Of a stretch of 40,250 nucleotides of DNA, positions 28,495 through 40,250 are shown in pieces; the first letter of the stretch is position 1, and every line of letters begins with the position of its first letter. Both the position numbers and the translations under genes were made by a program. Under the pieces are notes generated by a model. It was given only the letters and a program-made list of their open reading frames with translations, did no database searches and was not told the origin of the DNA. Location: contig JBLMYC010000023.1 of NCBI GenBank assembly GCA_050258075.1, positions 1-40,250 on the forward strand. The letters run 5' to 3'. The stretch is from Acidobacteriota bacterium (GTDB taxonomy: Bacteria; Acidobacteriota; Thermoanaerobaculia; Multivoradales; JAGPDF01).

Positions 28495-29327
28495 GCTTCG
28501 CTCTCCCGGAGCGCGCGGCGCATGGCGAGGAGCGAGCGCAGCAGGCGCTCGGCGCGCGCCGGGTTGAGCTGGGTCGCGCGGTCGGACAGCGCGTGCTCCG
28601 GATCGGGGTGCACCTCGAGGAACACGCCGTCGGCGCCGGCGGCGATCGCGGCGCGCGCCAGCGGCTCGGCGAAGGCGCGCTCACCGCCGGTCTCCTCGCC
28701 GGCGGCGCCGGGGAGCTGCAGCGAGTGGGTGACGTCGTAGATGACCGGGATGCCGTCGCGGTGGAGAAGCGCGAAGCTGCGCATGTCGACCACCAGGTTG
28801 TGATAGCCGAACGAGAAGCCGCGCTCGGTCACGGTCACCCGTGGGTTGCCGGCGGCGCGCGCCTTGTCGACCACCCGCCGCATGTCGTCGGGGGCCATGA
28901 ACTGGCCCTTCTTGACGTTCAGCGCCCGGCCGGTGCGCGCCGCCGCGACGATCAGGTCGGTCTGCCGGCAGAGGAAGGCGGGAATCTGCAGCACGTCGCA
29001 GACCGCCGCCGCCGGCGCGCAGTGCGCCGGCTCGTGCACGTCGGTCAGGATCGGCATCCCGGTCTCGGCCTTGACCCGCGCCAGGATGCGCAGACCCTCG
29101 GTCAGGCCCGGGCCGCGGAAGCTCTGGATCGAGCTGCGGTTGGCCTTGTCGTAGGACGCCTTGAAGACGATCGGCAGGCCGAGGCGTTGCGCCATGTCGC
29201 GCACCAAGCGCCCCGCCGCGAGCGCCATTGCTTCGCTCTCGATGACGCACGGCCCGGCGACGACCGGCAGCGTTTCGCCGCCGATCGTGATGCCCGGGGC
29301 AAGCTCCAGGGAAGGAATCTCCGCCAT
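28491..29327 (-). CDS. kdsA: KDO 8-phosphate synthase
   Basis: AGPCVIES, KASYDKANRSS, QIPAFLCRQTDL, KKGQF and THSLQLPG; start placed at ATG 29327. Confidence 0.96.
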   Translation of the reverse strand: MAEIPSLELAPGITIGGETLPVVAGPCVIESEAMALAAGRLVRDMAQRLGLPIVFKASYDKANRSSIQSFRGPGLTEGLRILARVKAETGMPILTDVHEPAHCAPAAAVCDVLQIPAFLCRQTDLIVAAARTGRALNVKKGQFMAPDDMRRVVDKARAAGNPRVTVTERGFSFGYHNLVVDMRSFALLHRDGIPVIYDVTHSLQLPGAAGEETGGERAFAEPLARAAIAAGADGVFLEVHPDPEHALSDRATQLNPARAERLLRSLLAMRRALRESEA

Positions 29328-29335
29328 CGTTGCGC

Positions 29336-31794
<2,459 letters not shown>

Positions 31795-31863
31795 GGCCCA
31801 ATCTACAGCGGCGGTCGGCGGCGAGTCAACGGCGCGCGCGCCGTGCTACATTCCGACCCCGCC

Positions 31864-32910
31864 ATGCGCCGTCGCGCTCTCGTCCTCCTGTTCCTCGTCG
31901 TGCCGCTTCTCGCGGTCGCCGAGCACGCCTGGCGTTCCTCGGCCGGGGTATGGCGGCGGCCGACCGGTCGTGCGGAGTGGATCTGGGCGCGGGGCGGCTG
32001 GTGGCGCCACGCCGCGCCGTCGACCCTGTGGGCGGGGCGCGACTTCGAGGTCTCCGGAGGGCCGCGCAGGGCGTGCCTGGTGGTGCAGGCGGACGAGGAG
32101 TACGTCGCCTTCCTCAACGGGCGACGGGTGGGCTCGGGCCGCATCGACGGCGGTCCGGCCGACTCCTACGAGGTCGGTTCCCTGCTGCGCGACGGCGGCA
32201 ACCGGCTGGTCATCGAGCTGCACAGCGAGCGCGGCAGCGGTGGGATGCTAGCCGCGCTCGACGTCGACGGAGTGCCGGCGGTGTGGAGCGACGGCTCGTG
32301 GAGGATGCTGCACGAGCTGTCCGCGGCCCAGCTCTCGGGCCTCGAGCCGTTGGGCGGCGAGCGGGCGGTGTCCTGGGGCCTGCCGCCGGTGGGGCGCTGG
32401 CCGGTGCCGCGGCCGGGGGCGATCCGCCCGGCCGGCTGGCAGATGGGCGGCGGGGCATGGCTCCCCGGAGCCCGCCGCAAGATCGAGGTCGGATCGACCC
32501 GCGAGGGGTTGCGGGTCGAGGCGACCCTGTTCGAATGGGCGCAGCCGGTCCGCGGCTTTCTGCGCCTGCGCGTGCGTCCCGATCCCGGTCGCGGCGCCAC
32601 GCTGCTCTTCTACGGCGACACGCCGCCCGACACCGCCCACCGCCGCGCCGACGAGGCGGTGATGGCGCCTCCGGGCAGCGCCGTGTGGCGCGCCGCAGTG
32701 GAACGCTCCTTTCGCTACGTGACGGTGCTGGGGGAGGCCGACGCGCTCGCGGCCTGGGTGGAGCCCGCCGCCGCCGGAACGACGGTCGCTCCCGCCGCGG
32801 TCGAGCGCGGCGTCTTCGGGCTTCCGCCGCCGCTAGGAGCGCCGATGCAGGACGAAATTCGGCGCGAACTCGAGGGCTTCCCGCGCATCCCCGGGCGGGA
32901 AGAAGGCTAG
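31864..32910 (+). CDS. Membrane-anchored hypothetical protein with an alpha-L-rhamnosidase N-terminal-like domain
   Basis: N-terminal TM; AEWIW...F...ADEEY..FLNGRRVG...YEV..LLRDGGNRL...SDGSWR and a later FRYV; no catalytic GH78 barrel. Confidence 0.6.
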   Translation: MRRRALVLLFLVVPLLAVAEHAWRSSAGVWRRPTGRAEWIWARGGWWRHAAPSTLWAGRDFEVSGGPRRACLVVQADEEYVAFLNGRRVGSGRIDGGPADSYEVGSLLRDGGNRLVIELHSERGSGGMLAALDVDGVPAVWSDGSWRMLHELSAAQLSGLEPLGGERAVSWGLPPVGRWPVPRPGAIRPAGWQMGGGAWLPGARRKIEVGSTREGLRVEATLFEWAQPVRGFLRLRVRPDPGRGATLLFYGDTPPDTAHRRADEAVMAPPGSAVWRAAVERSFRYVTVLGEADALAAWVEPAAAGTTVAPAAVERGVFGLPPPLGAPMQDEIRRELEGFPRIPGREEG

Positions 32911-33852
32911 CTGCTCGCGCGCTTGGCGCGCGAACCCGTTGGCGAGCTGCTCGACCTCTTCGATCGTCCCCTCGGCGCGCACCAGCTCCAGGATCTGCTC
33001 CGGGCTGACGCGCTCGAAAGCGCGGTCCTCGAGCACCATCTCGATCAGTCGCCGGCGGCCGGTCTCGACCCGCGGCAGGGCGAGAATCAGCGGCAGCGTC
33101 AGCTTGCCCTCCTTGAGGTCGGAGAGCACCGGCTTGCCGAGCTCGGACTGCTTGGCGGTGAAGTCGAGCAGGTCGTCGACCAGCTGGAAGCAGGTGCCGA
33201 GCGCCGTGCCGTAACGGCGCAGCGCCTCGCCTGCCTCCGGGCGACGGGGGTGGATCAGGCTGGGAATCGAGCAGGCGGCGGAGAACAGGTAGGCCGTCTT
33301 GCGGTCGATGATCGAGAAGTACTCCTCGGCGGTGAGGTCGAGCGCCCCCAGCCGCTGCAGGGTCAGCAGCTCGCCCTCGGTCATGCGCAGCGTCGCGTCG
33401 CACAGCCGCTTGACGACCTCGAGGTTGTCGTGGGCGAGCGCCATCTGCATGGCGGTCGTGTAGATCCAGTCGCCGAGCAGCACGGTCATGCTGTTGCCCC
33501 ACAACTGGTTGACCGTCTGCTTGCCGCGTCGCAGGTCGGCGTGGTCGATGATGTCGTCGTGGATCAGGGTCGCGGTGTGGATGAACTCGACGACCGCGGC
33601 GTACGTGACCTCCTCGGCACCGTCGTGGCCGAGCAGGCGCGAGGCGAGCAGCAGCAGCGCCGGGCGCATGCGCTTGCCGCCGCCGTCCGAGATGTACTGC
33701 CCGGCGTTGTGGATGAATGGCACGTCCGAGGCGAGGTTGCTGCGGAACACCTCCTCGGTCGCCGCCAGCTTGTCGGCGATCAGGTCGAGGAAGCGCGCGG
33801 GCGTAGTCGGCGCCGCGCTCCCGGATCGGGCCAGGAGTGGGGGGTTGCTCAT
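32833..33852 (-). CDS. ispB: Polyprenyl diphosphate synthase (IspB-like)
   Basis: GGKRMRP, LIHDDIID, RRG, RKTA, FQLVDDLLD and DLKEGKLTLP motifs. Confidence 0.9.
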   Translation of the reverse strand: MSNPPLLARSGSAAPTTPARFLDLIADKLAATEEVFRSNLASDVPFIHNAGQYISDGGGKRMRPALLLLASRLLGHDGAEEVTYAAVVEFIHTATLIHDDIIDHADLRRGKQTVNQLWGNSMTVLLGDWIYTTAMQMALAHDNLEVVKRLCDATLRMTEGELLTLQRLGALDLTAEEYFSIIDRKTAYLFSAACSIPSLIHPRRPEAGEALRRYGTALGTCFQLVDDLLDFTAKQSELGKPVLSDLKEGKLTLPLILALPRVETGRRRLIEMVLEDRAFERVSPEQILELVRAEGTIEEVEQLANGFARQAREQLAFFPPGDAREALEFAPNFVLHRRS

Positions 33853-33872
33853 GACGGCCGCCGAGGATTAGA

Positions 33873-34511
33873 TCAGAATTGCCGGATGGGGTCGAATGGC
33901 GTGGTCTCGATCAGCTTGCCGTCCCGGAAGCGGTAGGCCTTGCCGGCCTCGAAGTACCACCAGGTCGCCTCGAGACTGCCGGGGTACTGGGTGCGGTCGA
34001 CCTGATCCGGCTGGCCCATCGCGGCGTAGACCTTGTGCTCGTCGTCGCTCTTGACCGAGGCCAGGAAGTCGCGCAGCGTCTTCAGGAACGATGTGTCGGT
34101 GACCGCCAGCGCCGCGACCACCGGGCTGCCGCCCGCCATGCGCGGGGTGATGTCGAGTCGCTCCAGCTCGCGCAACTTGTCCACGCTGCCCCGGCGCACC
34201 GGAACTCCGACCACCAGCTCGAAGGAGTTGTAAAAGTCGCTCCACGGCCACTCGATCGAGTACTCGCCGCGCTCGTTGGTCGTGGTCGTGAGCCGTTGCA
34301 CACCCTGCTTCTCGCGCCGGAAGGTCTTCAGGTTGAAGGCGGAGCGCGCCGCTTCCAGCGAGACCTGGACCTGGGGCAGTGGCAGGCCCTGGCCGTCGGT
34401 GACGATACCGGTGATGACGAAGCGCTCGCCGTCGTGCGGCGCCGCCGCAAGGGCTCCGCTCGGCGCGGCGAGCAGCAGCGTGACGAGAGCGAGGAGCGGA
34501 AGGGCGCGCAT
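33873..34511 (-). CDS. Secreted protein with a carboxypeptidase-regulatory-like domain
   Basis: Signal peptide; ITGIVTDGQGLPLP...TTNERGEY; C-terminal MGQPDQV...ATWWY...YRFRDGKL module. Confidence 0.7.
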   Translation of the reverse strand: MRALPLLALVTLLLAAPSGALAAAPHDGERFVITGIVTDGQGLPLPQVQVSLEAARSAFNLKTFRREKQGVQRLTTTTNERGEYSIEWPWSDFYNSFELVVGVPVRRGSVDKLRELERLDITPRMAGGSPVVAALAVTDTSFLKTLRDFLASVKSDDEHKVYAAMGQPDQVDRTQYPGSLEATWWYFEAGKAYRFRDGKLIETTPFDPIRQF

Positions 34512-34516
34512 CGATC

Positions 34517-35011
34517 TCAGGCCGAGCGGTAATTGCTGAAGGTGAGCGGCACGTCGAGCTCCAGGCCGCGCAGGGCGGCGATCACCTGCTGCAGGTCGTC
34601 GCGCTGCTTGCCGGAGATCCGCACGGTGTCGCCCTGGATCGAGGCCTGGACCTTGAGCTTCAGGGTCTTGATCTCGGCGACGATGCGCTTGGCGGTCTCC
34701 TGCGGGATGCCCTGCTGCAGGGTGATCTTTTGGCGGGCCAGCCCGCCGCTCGCCGGCTCGATCTTGGCCGGACGCAGCGACTTCAGGTTCACGTTGCGGC
34801 GCACCAGCTTGCCCTTCAGCACCTCGAGGGCCTGGTTCAGGGTGAACTCGTCGGAGGACTCGAGCACCATCGCCTCGCCCTCGAGATCGAGCCTGGCGGC
34901 GGCGTGCTTGAGGTCGTAGCGGGTGACGATTTCCTTCTGCGCCTGCTGCACCGCGTTGCGCACTTCCTGCATGTCCACCGTGGAAACGATGTCGAATGAA
35001 TTGTCGGCCAT
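34517..35011 (-). CDS. yajQ: YajQ family nucleotide-binding protein
   Basis: SFDIVS.VDMQEV.NA, RYD, LQQGI, KVQASIQGD, RDDLQ and FSNYR; start ATG 35011; TATAAT at 35060-35055. Confidence 0.95.
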   Translation of the reverse strand: MADNSFDIVSTVDMQEVRNAVQQAQKEIVTRYDLKHAAARLDLEGEAMVLESSDEFTLNQALEVLKGKLVRRNVNLKSLRPAKIEPASGGLARQKITLQQGIPQETAKRIVAEIKTLKLKVQASIQGDTVRISGKQRDDLQQVIAALRGLELDVPLTFSNYRSA

Positions 35012-35072
35012 GGCGATTGGCGGCGCCACCAGTCGGTTGCGTCCGCGGCCGGAATTATAGCCGGCTTGCGGG

Positions 35073-35741
35073 CTACTCGGCCTCTTGCCAGGCGATCGCC
35101 GCCGGCGGCTCGAACAGCCGCGCCTCCGGCGTGACGCGATAGTCGCTGACGTCGAAGCGGGTGAGGTTGCCCTCGGCGTCGCGATAGGCGAGCGCGAGCA
35201 GCCGATGGTGCGCCGGATCGAGGGTCAGCGTCGCGCTGGCGACCGCGGCGGCGTGCTTCGTCCCGCCTTTCGGCGCGGCCGGCAGCCGCGGCTTCAGGCC
35301 GACGGTGGCAGTGCCGTCCGCGGCGGTCGAGAGCGCCGCCTCGTAGCGCAGGCGGAGTTGCTCGAGCGGCAGCAGCAGGAGGTCGAGCCCGGTCGCGTCC
35401 TGGGCCTCCAGCCGGCCGTGGCGGCCGGTCGTCTCGCCGGGGTTCCAGGCGTAGGTGTCCTTGCCGCAGAGCAGGAAGCTCTTCGGGAACGGATCGGTGT
35501 AGTCCCAGCGCAGGCAGTCGGGCAGGGCGAGCGCCAGTCGCCCGCGCTCGGACTCGCCCTGGGTGAAGCCTGCCGGCGTGTAGGTCTGGGTGAAGTCGGC
35601 TTGCAGGTGACCGGAGGCCGCGAGGTCGCTGCGCACCGCGGCGATCGCCTCCCAGGCGTCGGCGACGCTGGCTCCGCGGGCGGCGCGAGGCCCGGCCGCG
35701 AGGAGCAGGGCGAGGCTGAGTGCGGTGAGTGCGTGTCGCAT
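35073..35741 (-). CDS. lolA: Outer-membrane lipoprotein carrier LolA-like protein
   Basis: Signal peptide; LQADFTQ...G...P..LRWDY..P, D..GNLTRF and LFEPP; start ATG 35741. Confidence 0.75.
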   Translation of the reverse strand: MRHALTALSLALLLAAGPRAARGASVADAWEAIAAVRSDLAASGHLQADFTQTYTPAGFTQGESERGRLALALPDCLRWDYTDPFPKSFLLCGKDTYAWNPGETTGRHGRLEAQDATGLDLLLLPLEQLRLRYEAALSTAADGTATVGLKPRLPAAPKGGTKHAAAVASATLTLDPAHHRLLALAYRDAEGNLTRFDVSDYRVTPEARLFEPPAAIAWQEAE

Positions 35742-35763
35742 GCGCGGCGAGGATAGCCCAGAG

Positions 35764-37299
35764 CTAGTGCCGGAAGTGGCGCGTGCCGGTGAGGAGCAGG
35801 GCCATGCCGTGCTCGTCGGCCGCGGCGGTCGTCTCGTCGTCGCGCTTGCTGCCACCGGGATGGACGACGGCGGTGATGCCGGCCGCGGCGAGCACGTCGA
35901 GGCCGTCGCGGAAAGGGAAGAAGGCATCCGAGGCGGCGACGCAGCCCCGGACCGGGAGCTGCGCCTTCTCGATGGCCAGGCGGCACGAGTCGACGCGGCT
36001 CATCTGTCCGGCACCGATGCCGACCGTCTGATCGCCGTTCGCGACCACGATGGCGTTCGACTTCACCATGCGCGCCACGCGCCAGGCGAACTCCAGGGCG
36101 CGGCTCTCCTCGGGGGTGGGCGAACGCTTCGTCGGGCAGGTCCACGTGGCGGGGTCTTCCGGGCGCGCGTCGGGCTCCTGCGCGAGGAAGCCGCCGTCGA
36201 TGCCGCGCAGCTCGATCTGCGCCGGCGCGTACGGCGGGCAGACGAGGACGCGCAGCGCCTTCTTCGCCGCCAGCCGGGCGAGCGCCTCGGGATCGAACGC
36301 CGGCGCGATCAGCACCTCGACGAAGAGATCGGCCAGCGCCGCGGCGAGGGCGTCGTCGACCGGGCGGTTGACCGCGATGATCGAGCCGAAAGCCGAGATC
36401 GGATCGCAGGCCAGGGCGCGCCGGTACGCGGACACCGAGTCGTCGCCGCGGCCGACGCCGCACGGGTTGTTGTGCTTGAGGATGGCGACCGCCGGCTCGC
36501 CGAAGAGTGCCACCGATTTGCGCGCCGCGTCGGCATCCAGCAGGTTGTTCCACGACAGCTCCTTGCCTTGGAGCTGGCGCATGCCGCCGAGCACGCCGGG
36601 TCCCCCGGCTTGGCGATACACCGCCGCCGCTTGGTGAGGATTCTCGCCGTAGCGGGGCACGAGCTCGCGCTCGAGCTGGATCGTCAGCCGGGCCGGGAAC
36701 GGCGAGTCGCCCTCGACCTCGCGGCCCAGCCAGGCGGCGATCGCCGCGTCGTAGGCCGCAGTGTGGCGGAAGGCGGTGAGCGCCAGCCGTCGGCGCAGTG
36801 GCATGGGCAGCTCGCCCGTGGTGAGGGCGGAGAGAACCTCGGGATAGTCCGCGGGGTCCACGACCACCCCGACGTGGGCGTGGTTCTTGGCCGCCGAGCG
36901 CACCATCGACGGGCCGCCGATGTCGATCATCTCGACGATCTCGTCGTACGTCGCACCGGCCTTGGCGACCGTCTCGCGGAAGGGGTACAGATTCACCACC
37001 ACGAGGTCGATCGGTGCGATGCCGTGCTCCGCGAGAGCGCGGCGGTGCTCGCTCTTCTGGCGCTCGGCCAGGATGCCGCCGTGGATCTTCGGGTGGAGCG
37101 TCTTCACCCGTCCGTCGAGGATCTCGGGGAAGCCGGTGACGTCGGCGACCGCGACGACCGGCAGCCCGAGCCCGGCGAGGTACTTGGCGGTGCCGCCGGT
37201 CGAGACCAGCTCGAAGCCCAGTCCGGCGAGGCCGTGGGCGAAGGGCTCGAGGCCGGTCTTGTCCGACACGGAAACGAGGGCTCGGCGCGCGGGCGACAT
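35764..37299 (-). CDS. purH: Bifunctional AICAR transformylase / IMP cyclohydrolase
   Basis: [41 protein letters not shown] and RHFRH; start ATG 37299 with a GGAGG RBS. Confidence 0.97.
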   Translation of the reverse strand: MSPARRALVSVSDKTGLEPFAHGLAGLGFELVSTGGTAKYLAGLGLPVVAVADVTGFPEILDGRVKTLHPKIHGGILAERQKSEHRRALAEHGIAPIDLVVVNLYPFRETVAKAGATYDEIVEMIDIGGPSMVRSAAKNHAHVGVVVDPADYPEVLSALTTGELPMPLRRRLALTAFRHTAAYDAAIAAWLGREVEGDSPFPARLTIQLERELVPRYGENPHQAAAVYRQAGGPGVLGGMRQLQGKELSWNNLLDADAARKSVALFGEPAVAILKHNNPCGVGRGDDSVSAYRRALACDPISAFGSIIAVNRPVDDALAAALADLFVEVLIAPAFDPEALARLAAKKALRVLVCPPYAPAQIELRGIDGGFLAQEPDARPEDPATWTCPTKRSPTPEESRALEFAWRVARMVKSNAIVVANGDQTVGIGAGQMSRVDSCRLAIEKAQLPVRGCVAASDAFFPFRDGLDVLAAAGITAVVHPGGSKRDDETTAAADEHGMALLLTGTRHFRH

Positions 37300-37337
37300 G
37301 GCGTCCTCCTGGAAAGACTGCGATTGCTCGATTCGAA

Positions 37338-38117
37338 TCAGCGCCCGGCAGCCGGGGTCGGCAGCAGCAGCAGGCGGGGGCCGGCGACCACCAGGTCGCG
37401 GCGCGGATCGTAGCCGCCGCTGCGGATCCACACGTCGCGCAGCACCGCGGCGACGTCGGTCAAGGCGTGGCTGAAGGACAGCGCGGCCACCGCGAAGGCA
37501 GTCGAGCGGTCGTCGAACAGGGCGCGGCCGTCGACCGCGCCGACCCGCTGATACTCGGCGCCGATCAGCGGGTAGAGATCCCGCGAGCGCCGCAGCGAGC
37601 GGTCGATCAGGCGGGCGACGCCGCCGTTCATCGCGAAGCCGCGGTCGATGCCGTAGAAGACCGGCTGGAAGCGCGGCCGCGCGGAATCCATGTAGAAGAG
37701 GTAGTCGGCGAAGTAGTCGCCCTCGCGCGGGTCGGTGTTCGAGGCGTTCAGCGGGTTGTCGGCGTCGGCGGTGTAGTGCGACACCCGGCCGAGCTGGTAC
37801 ACGACGTCGGCGAAGCCGCGGTGGGCGCGCACCATGGCGACCGCCCGGTCGGCCTCCTCGACCACCACCCGTGCCACGACGCCGGTGCCATCGGCGTTGC
37901 CCTGATGGCGCATCGGGTCGCGATCGCGGTAGGCGTCGATCGCGCCGCGGTGGAACTGGTCGATGTGCCGCCAGATCAGCTGCGCCAGATCGGGCGGCGT
38001 GAGAGCGGCTGCCTGGTCCTCGATAGCGGTCTGCGCGGCGGGAGTCCAGGCCCGGGCGGGGCTGCCGCCGAGGGCTATACTGGCGACGACAAAAGCGGCG
38101 ACGGCGATCGAGCGCAC
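37338..38117 (-). CDS. Secreted protein, possible Zn-dependent phospholipase C / S1-P1 nuclease-like fold
   Basis: Signal peptide ending ARA-W (mature N-terminal Trp); LGRVSHYTADADNPL resembles the family HxxxD motif. Confidence 0.55.
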   Translation of the reverse strand: MRSIAVAAFVVASIALGGSPARAWTPAAQTAIEDQAAALTPPDLAQLIWRHIDQFHRGAIDAYRDRDPMRHQGNADGTGVVARVVVEEADRAVAMVRAHRGFADVVYQLGRVSHYTADADNPLNASNTDPREGDYFADYLFYMDSARPRFQPVFYGIDRGFAMNGGVARLIDRSLRRSRDLYPLIGAEYQRVGAVDGRALFDDRSTAFAVAALSFSHALTDVAAVLRDVWIRSGGYDPRRDLVVAGPRLLLLPTPAAGR

Positions 38118-38150
38118 GTTCGAATTCTACCAGCCCCGGCCGGTCTCCCC

Positions 38151-38399
38151 ATGCTCACTTCCGTGCACCATCTGGACGTCACCGGCCTGCGCTGCCCGGT
38201 CCCGGTGCTGATGACCGCGCGGGCGATGGCCACCCTCGCCCTCGGCGAGCGCATGGAGGTGGTGGGCGACGACCCCGAGATGCTGGTCGACCTGCCCGCC
38301 TGGTGCGAGCAGACCGGCAACCGCCTGCTCGCGATCGAGCGCCTCGGCGACCGCATCCAGGCACGCCTGGAGAAGGCGGCGCTCCCCGCCATCGTGTAG
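38151..38399 (+). CDS. tusA: Sulfur carrier TusA family protein
   Basis: LDVTGLRCPVPV, DDP and DLPAWCEQTGN; start ATG 38151. Confidence 0.9.
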   Translation: MLTSVHHLDVTGLRCPVPVLMTARAMATLALGERMEVVGDDPEMLVDLPAWCEQTGNRLLAIERLGDRIQARLEKAALPAIV

Positions 38400-38418
38400 C
38401 CCACTGCGCGGCGCCGAT

Positions 38419-38448
38419 TTGACCGCGACGCGCATTCCCTGCTAGAAA
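38419..38448 (+). promoter_or_regulatory. Putative sigma70 promoter of tRNA-Phe
   Basis: TTGACC (38419-38424), 18-bp spacer, TAGAAA preceded by TGc (extended -10). Confidence 0.5.
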
Positions 38449-38492
38449 TCACGGTCTCGGGGCACCAACCCTCGAGTCCTGCAGAGCTTGCT

Positions 38493-38568
38493 GGCCAGGT
38501 AGCTCAGTTGGTAGAGCACGGCACTGAAAATGCCGGTGTCGGCAGTTCGATTCTGCCCCTGGCCACCA
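38493..38568 (+). tRNA. tRNA-Phe (GAA)
   Basis: GGCCAGG/CCTGGCC acceptor stem, CGGCA-CTGAAAA-TGCCG anticodon arm, AGTTCGATTC, CCA end. Confidence 0.97.
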
Positions 38569-38673
38569 TTCCTGTCTTGTTTCGGGTAGTCCGTTCGAGG
38601 CGCGCACTCGCGCGCCTGTGCTAGGGTCCGCGATCTGCCGCACCCCATCACCGCGCGGCGCGGAGGGAGCCGC

Positions 38674-39159
38674 ATGTCGAATCGGGAATTCTTCGCCTCT
38701 TTGCTCGCCGGAGAGAAAGAACGCACCGCGCGGGTGCTTGCTGCCGTGCCCGAGGGCGACCTCGACTGGCGCCCGGCGCCGAAATCGCGCACCGCGCGCG
38801 AGCTGGTGAGCCACCTCATTGCCCACGACCAGGACCTCGAGGAGCTGATCGCGTCCGGCACCTGCAACCACCGGCTCGCGGTGCCGTTCGGCTCGATCGG
38901 CGAGGCGGTGGGGATCTTCGAGCGCGCCAACGCCGCCGCCGTCGCCGCCACGCAGCGGATCAGTGACGCCGATTGGACGAGCCCAGGAAAGTTCGTGGTC
39001 AACGGCCAGACGATCTACGAGCTGCCGCGCCAGCAGCTCGCCTGGGTGCTCTTCCTCGACGCCGTGCACCATCGCGGCCAGCTCTCGACCTACCTGCGCC
39101 CGATGGGCGGCAGCGTGCCGGGCATCTACGGCCCTTCCGCCGACGCGGGGCGCGGCTGA
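38674..39159 (+). CDS. DinB family protein
   Basis: WRPAPKSRTARELVSHL and HHRGQLSTYLRPMGGSVPGIYGPSAD; GGAG RBS. Confidence 0.92.
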   Translation: MSNREFFASLLAGEKERTARVLAAVPEGDLDWRPAPKSRTARELVSHLIAHDQDLEELIASGTCNHRLAVPFGSIGEAVGIFERANAAAVAATQRISDADWTSPGKFVVNGQTIYELPRQQLAWVLFLDAVHHRGQLSTYLRPMGGSVPGIYGPSADAGRG

Positions 39160-39194
39160 CGCGTTCGCGCCGGCAGTAGCCCGCTCGCCCGGTA

Positions 39195-39572
39195 TCAGGG
39201 CGGGTCCTTGAGCTCCACCAGGATCAGGTGAATCGTCGTCGTCCCGACGTTCTCCGCCCAGTGGGTGGTGGGCTCACGGTAGGAAACGTCGCCGGCGTGG
39301 AGGACGCCTTCGGTCGTCTTGCCGTCGGCGGTGTGGTTGCGCACTTTGCCGCCGGAGATGACGTAGAGGATCGTCGCGGGGTGCGAGTGCATCTGTTCCT
39401 TCTGGCCGGGTTGAAGCGTCGCCTCGAGAACCCGGACGTGGCGGTTCTCGAGCTTGACGTGGACAGTGCTGGAATTCACCACGACCGGATCCTGGGCCCG
39501 GGCGCTCCCGGATCCGATCAGCAGCGGCATGGCGAGCGTGACACCTGCGAGCACGAGCTCGATCCTCTTCAT
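39195..39572 (-). CDS. Secreted cupin-domain protein
   Basis: GGAGGAG RBS, ATG 39572, signal peptide; LENRHVRVL..PG....MHSHP and HWAENVG. Confidence 0.85.
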   Translation of the reverse strand: MKRIELVLAGVTLAMPLLIGSGSARAQDPVVVNSSTVHVKLENRHVRVLEATLQPGQKEQMHSHPATILYVISGGKVRNHTADGKTTEGVLHAGDVSYREPTTHWAENVGTTTIHLILVELKDPP

Positions 39573-39674
39573 GGCTCCTCCTCGGGTGGGCCTTGGAGTG
39601 GATCCTACCGAACACTCGGGGTTCGCAGCGATTGGTAGTAACGTCCCCGCACCGCCGCTGCAGCGGCGAGCGAC

Positions 39675-40133
39675 ATGGGCGCGATCCTCTCGAAATGGAA
39701 GTCGCTGGAGCCCCGTGAGCGCCTGCGGGCGATCGGTACGGGAATCCTCCTGCTGGGGCTGGCGAGCGCCCTGGTCATCTACTTGGTCGCGTCGGTCGCC
39801 CCCGCCGGGCCGCTCGGCGACCAGATCGGTTCGAAGCTGTACCTCCACCAGCTCGAGGTCTATGGCGGCAAGGCCAACATCCTCCAGGACCGATTCCTTC
39901 GTTGGTTCGACGGCCTCTGGCACGGGCGCGAGCTGGCGGGGACCGTGGCCTTTCTGACGCTGCTGACCTTCCTCGGAATCCGGTTCGCGACCAGCTTGCC
40001 GCACGCCGAGCGCAAGCCGCCTGGCCCGCCGCGCGGCGACGCCTCGCGCAGGGCCCGGGGGAAGCTCCATCTGGTGGATCTTGGCGGCGTGCCGCGCGAT
40101 CGGAGCTCTTCCCGCGACCGCAAGTCGCCCTGA
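39675..40133 (+). CDS. Hypothetical two-TM membrane protein
   Basis: Two hydrophobic segments flanking SKLYLHQLEVYGGKAN...WFDGLWHG; GC3-rich coding pattern. Confidence 0.65.
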   Translation: MGAILSKWKSLEPRERLRAIGTGILLLGLASALVIYLVASVAPAGPLGDQIGSKLYLHQLEVYGGKANILQDRFLRWFDGLWHGRELAGTVAFLTLLTFLGIRFATSLPHAERKPPGPPRGDASRRARGKLHLVDLGGVPRDRSSSRDRKSP

Positions 40134-40250
40134 GGGGCGCAGTCCGTCCGGTTGGCCGCACCCTCGGCACGGCTCGCTGCAGAGCGACCTCCGGAATCCC
40201 CCGATCTGATGGCAGACTGCTCCGCGACGATGCGCAGGAACGCGTGGATC

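Noticed and set aside
38569-40250. Genomic island at tRNA-Phe
   Set aside because: Downstream genes look accessory, but no integrase, direct repeat or clear compositional shift is visible in the window.
40134-40250. Possible 3' end of a minus-strand gene entering from the right edge (IHAFLRIVAEQ...)
   Set aside because: Too short to identify, and the frame would overlap the 39675-40133 gene extensively.

Overview
High-GC bacterial chromosome segment made almost entirely of core genes. Gene content and order suggest a diderm Acidobacteriota-like organism (inference, not verified). From left to right it carries: an rmlB-rmlC-DUF4301 sugar-nucleotide operon; uppP; a promoter/terminator-bounded candidate small RNA; a chalcone-isomerase-like gene; an ECF sigma / membrane anti-sigma-like / bactofilin-like-repeat module; an orphan sigma-54 response regulator; a long minus-strand cluster (tRNA-CAU, tilS, degenerate hpt, ftsH, folP, cdaA, cdaR, glmM, pdxJ); a small Cys-rich protein; an ArsR regulator; sodA; tRNA-Val, tRNA-Asp and rpmG; a second ECF-like sigma and an HDAC-family gene; a triple Ig-like secreted protein; an S41 protease; tatA-tatC; a Kdo operon (kdsB, pyrG, kdsA, kdsD, kdsC) ending in a Thr-type sulfatase-like gene; ispB, yajQ, lolA, purH, tusA, tRNA-Phe, and DinB/cupin genes. 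No mobile element, CRISPR array or rRNA was seen. The most notable observations are an HPRT homologue with nearly all catalytic residues replaced, a ~65-nt candidate sRNA exposing an anti-Shine-Dalgarno motif, paired ECF-type promoters around the first ECF module, and DUF4301 translationally coupled to rmlC.
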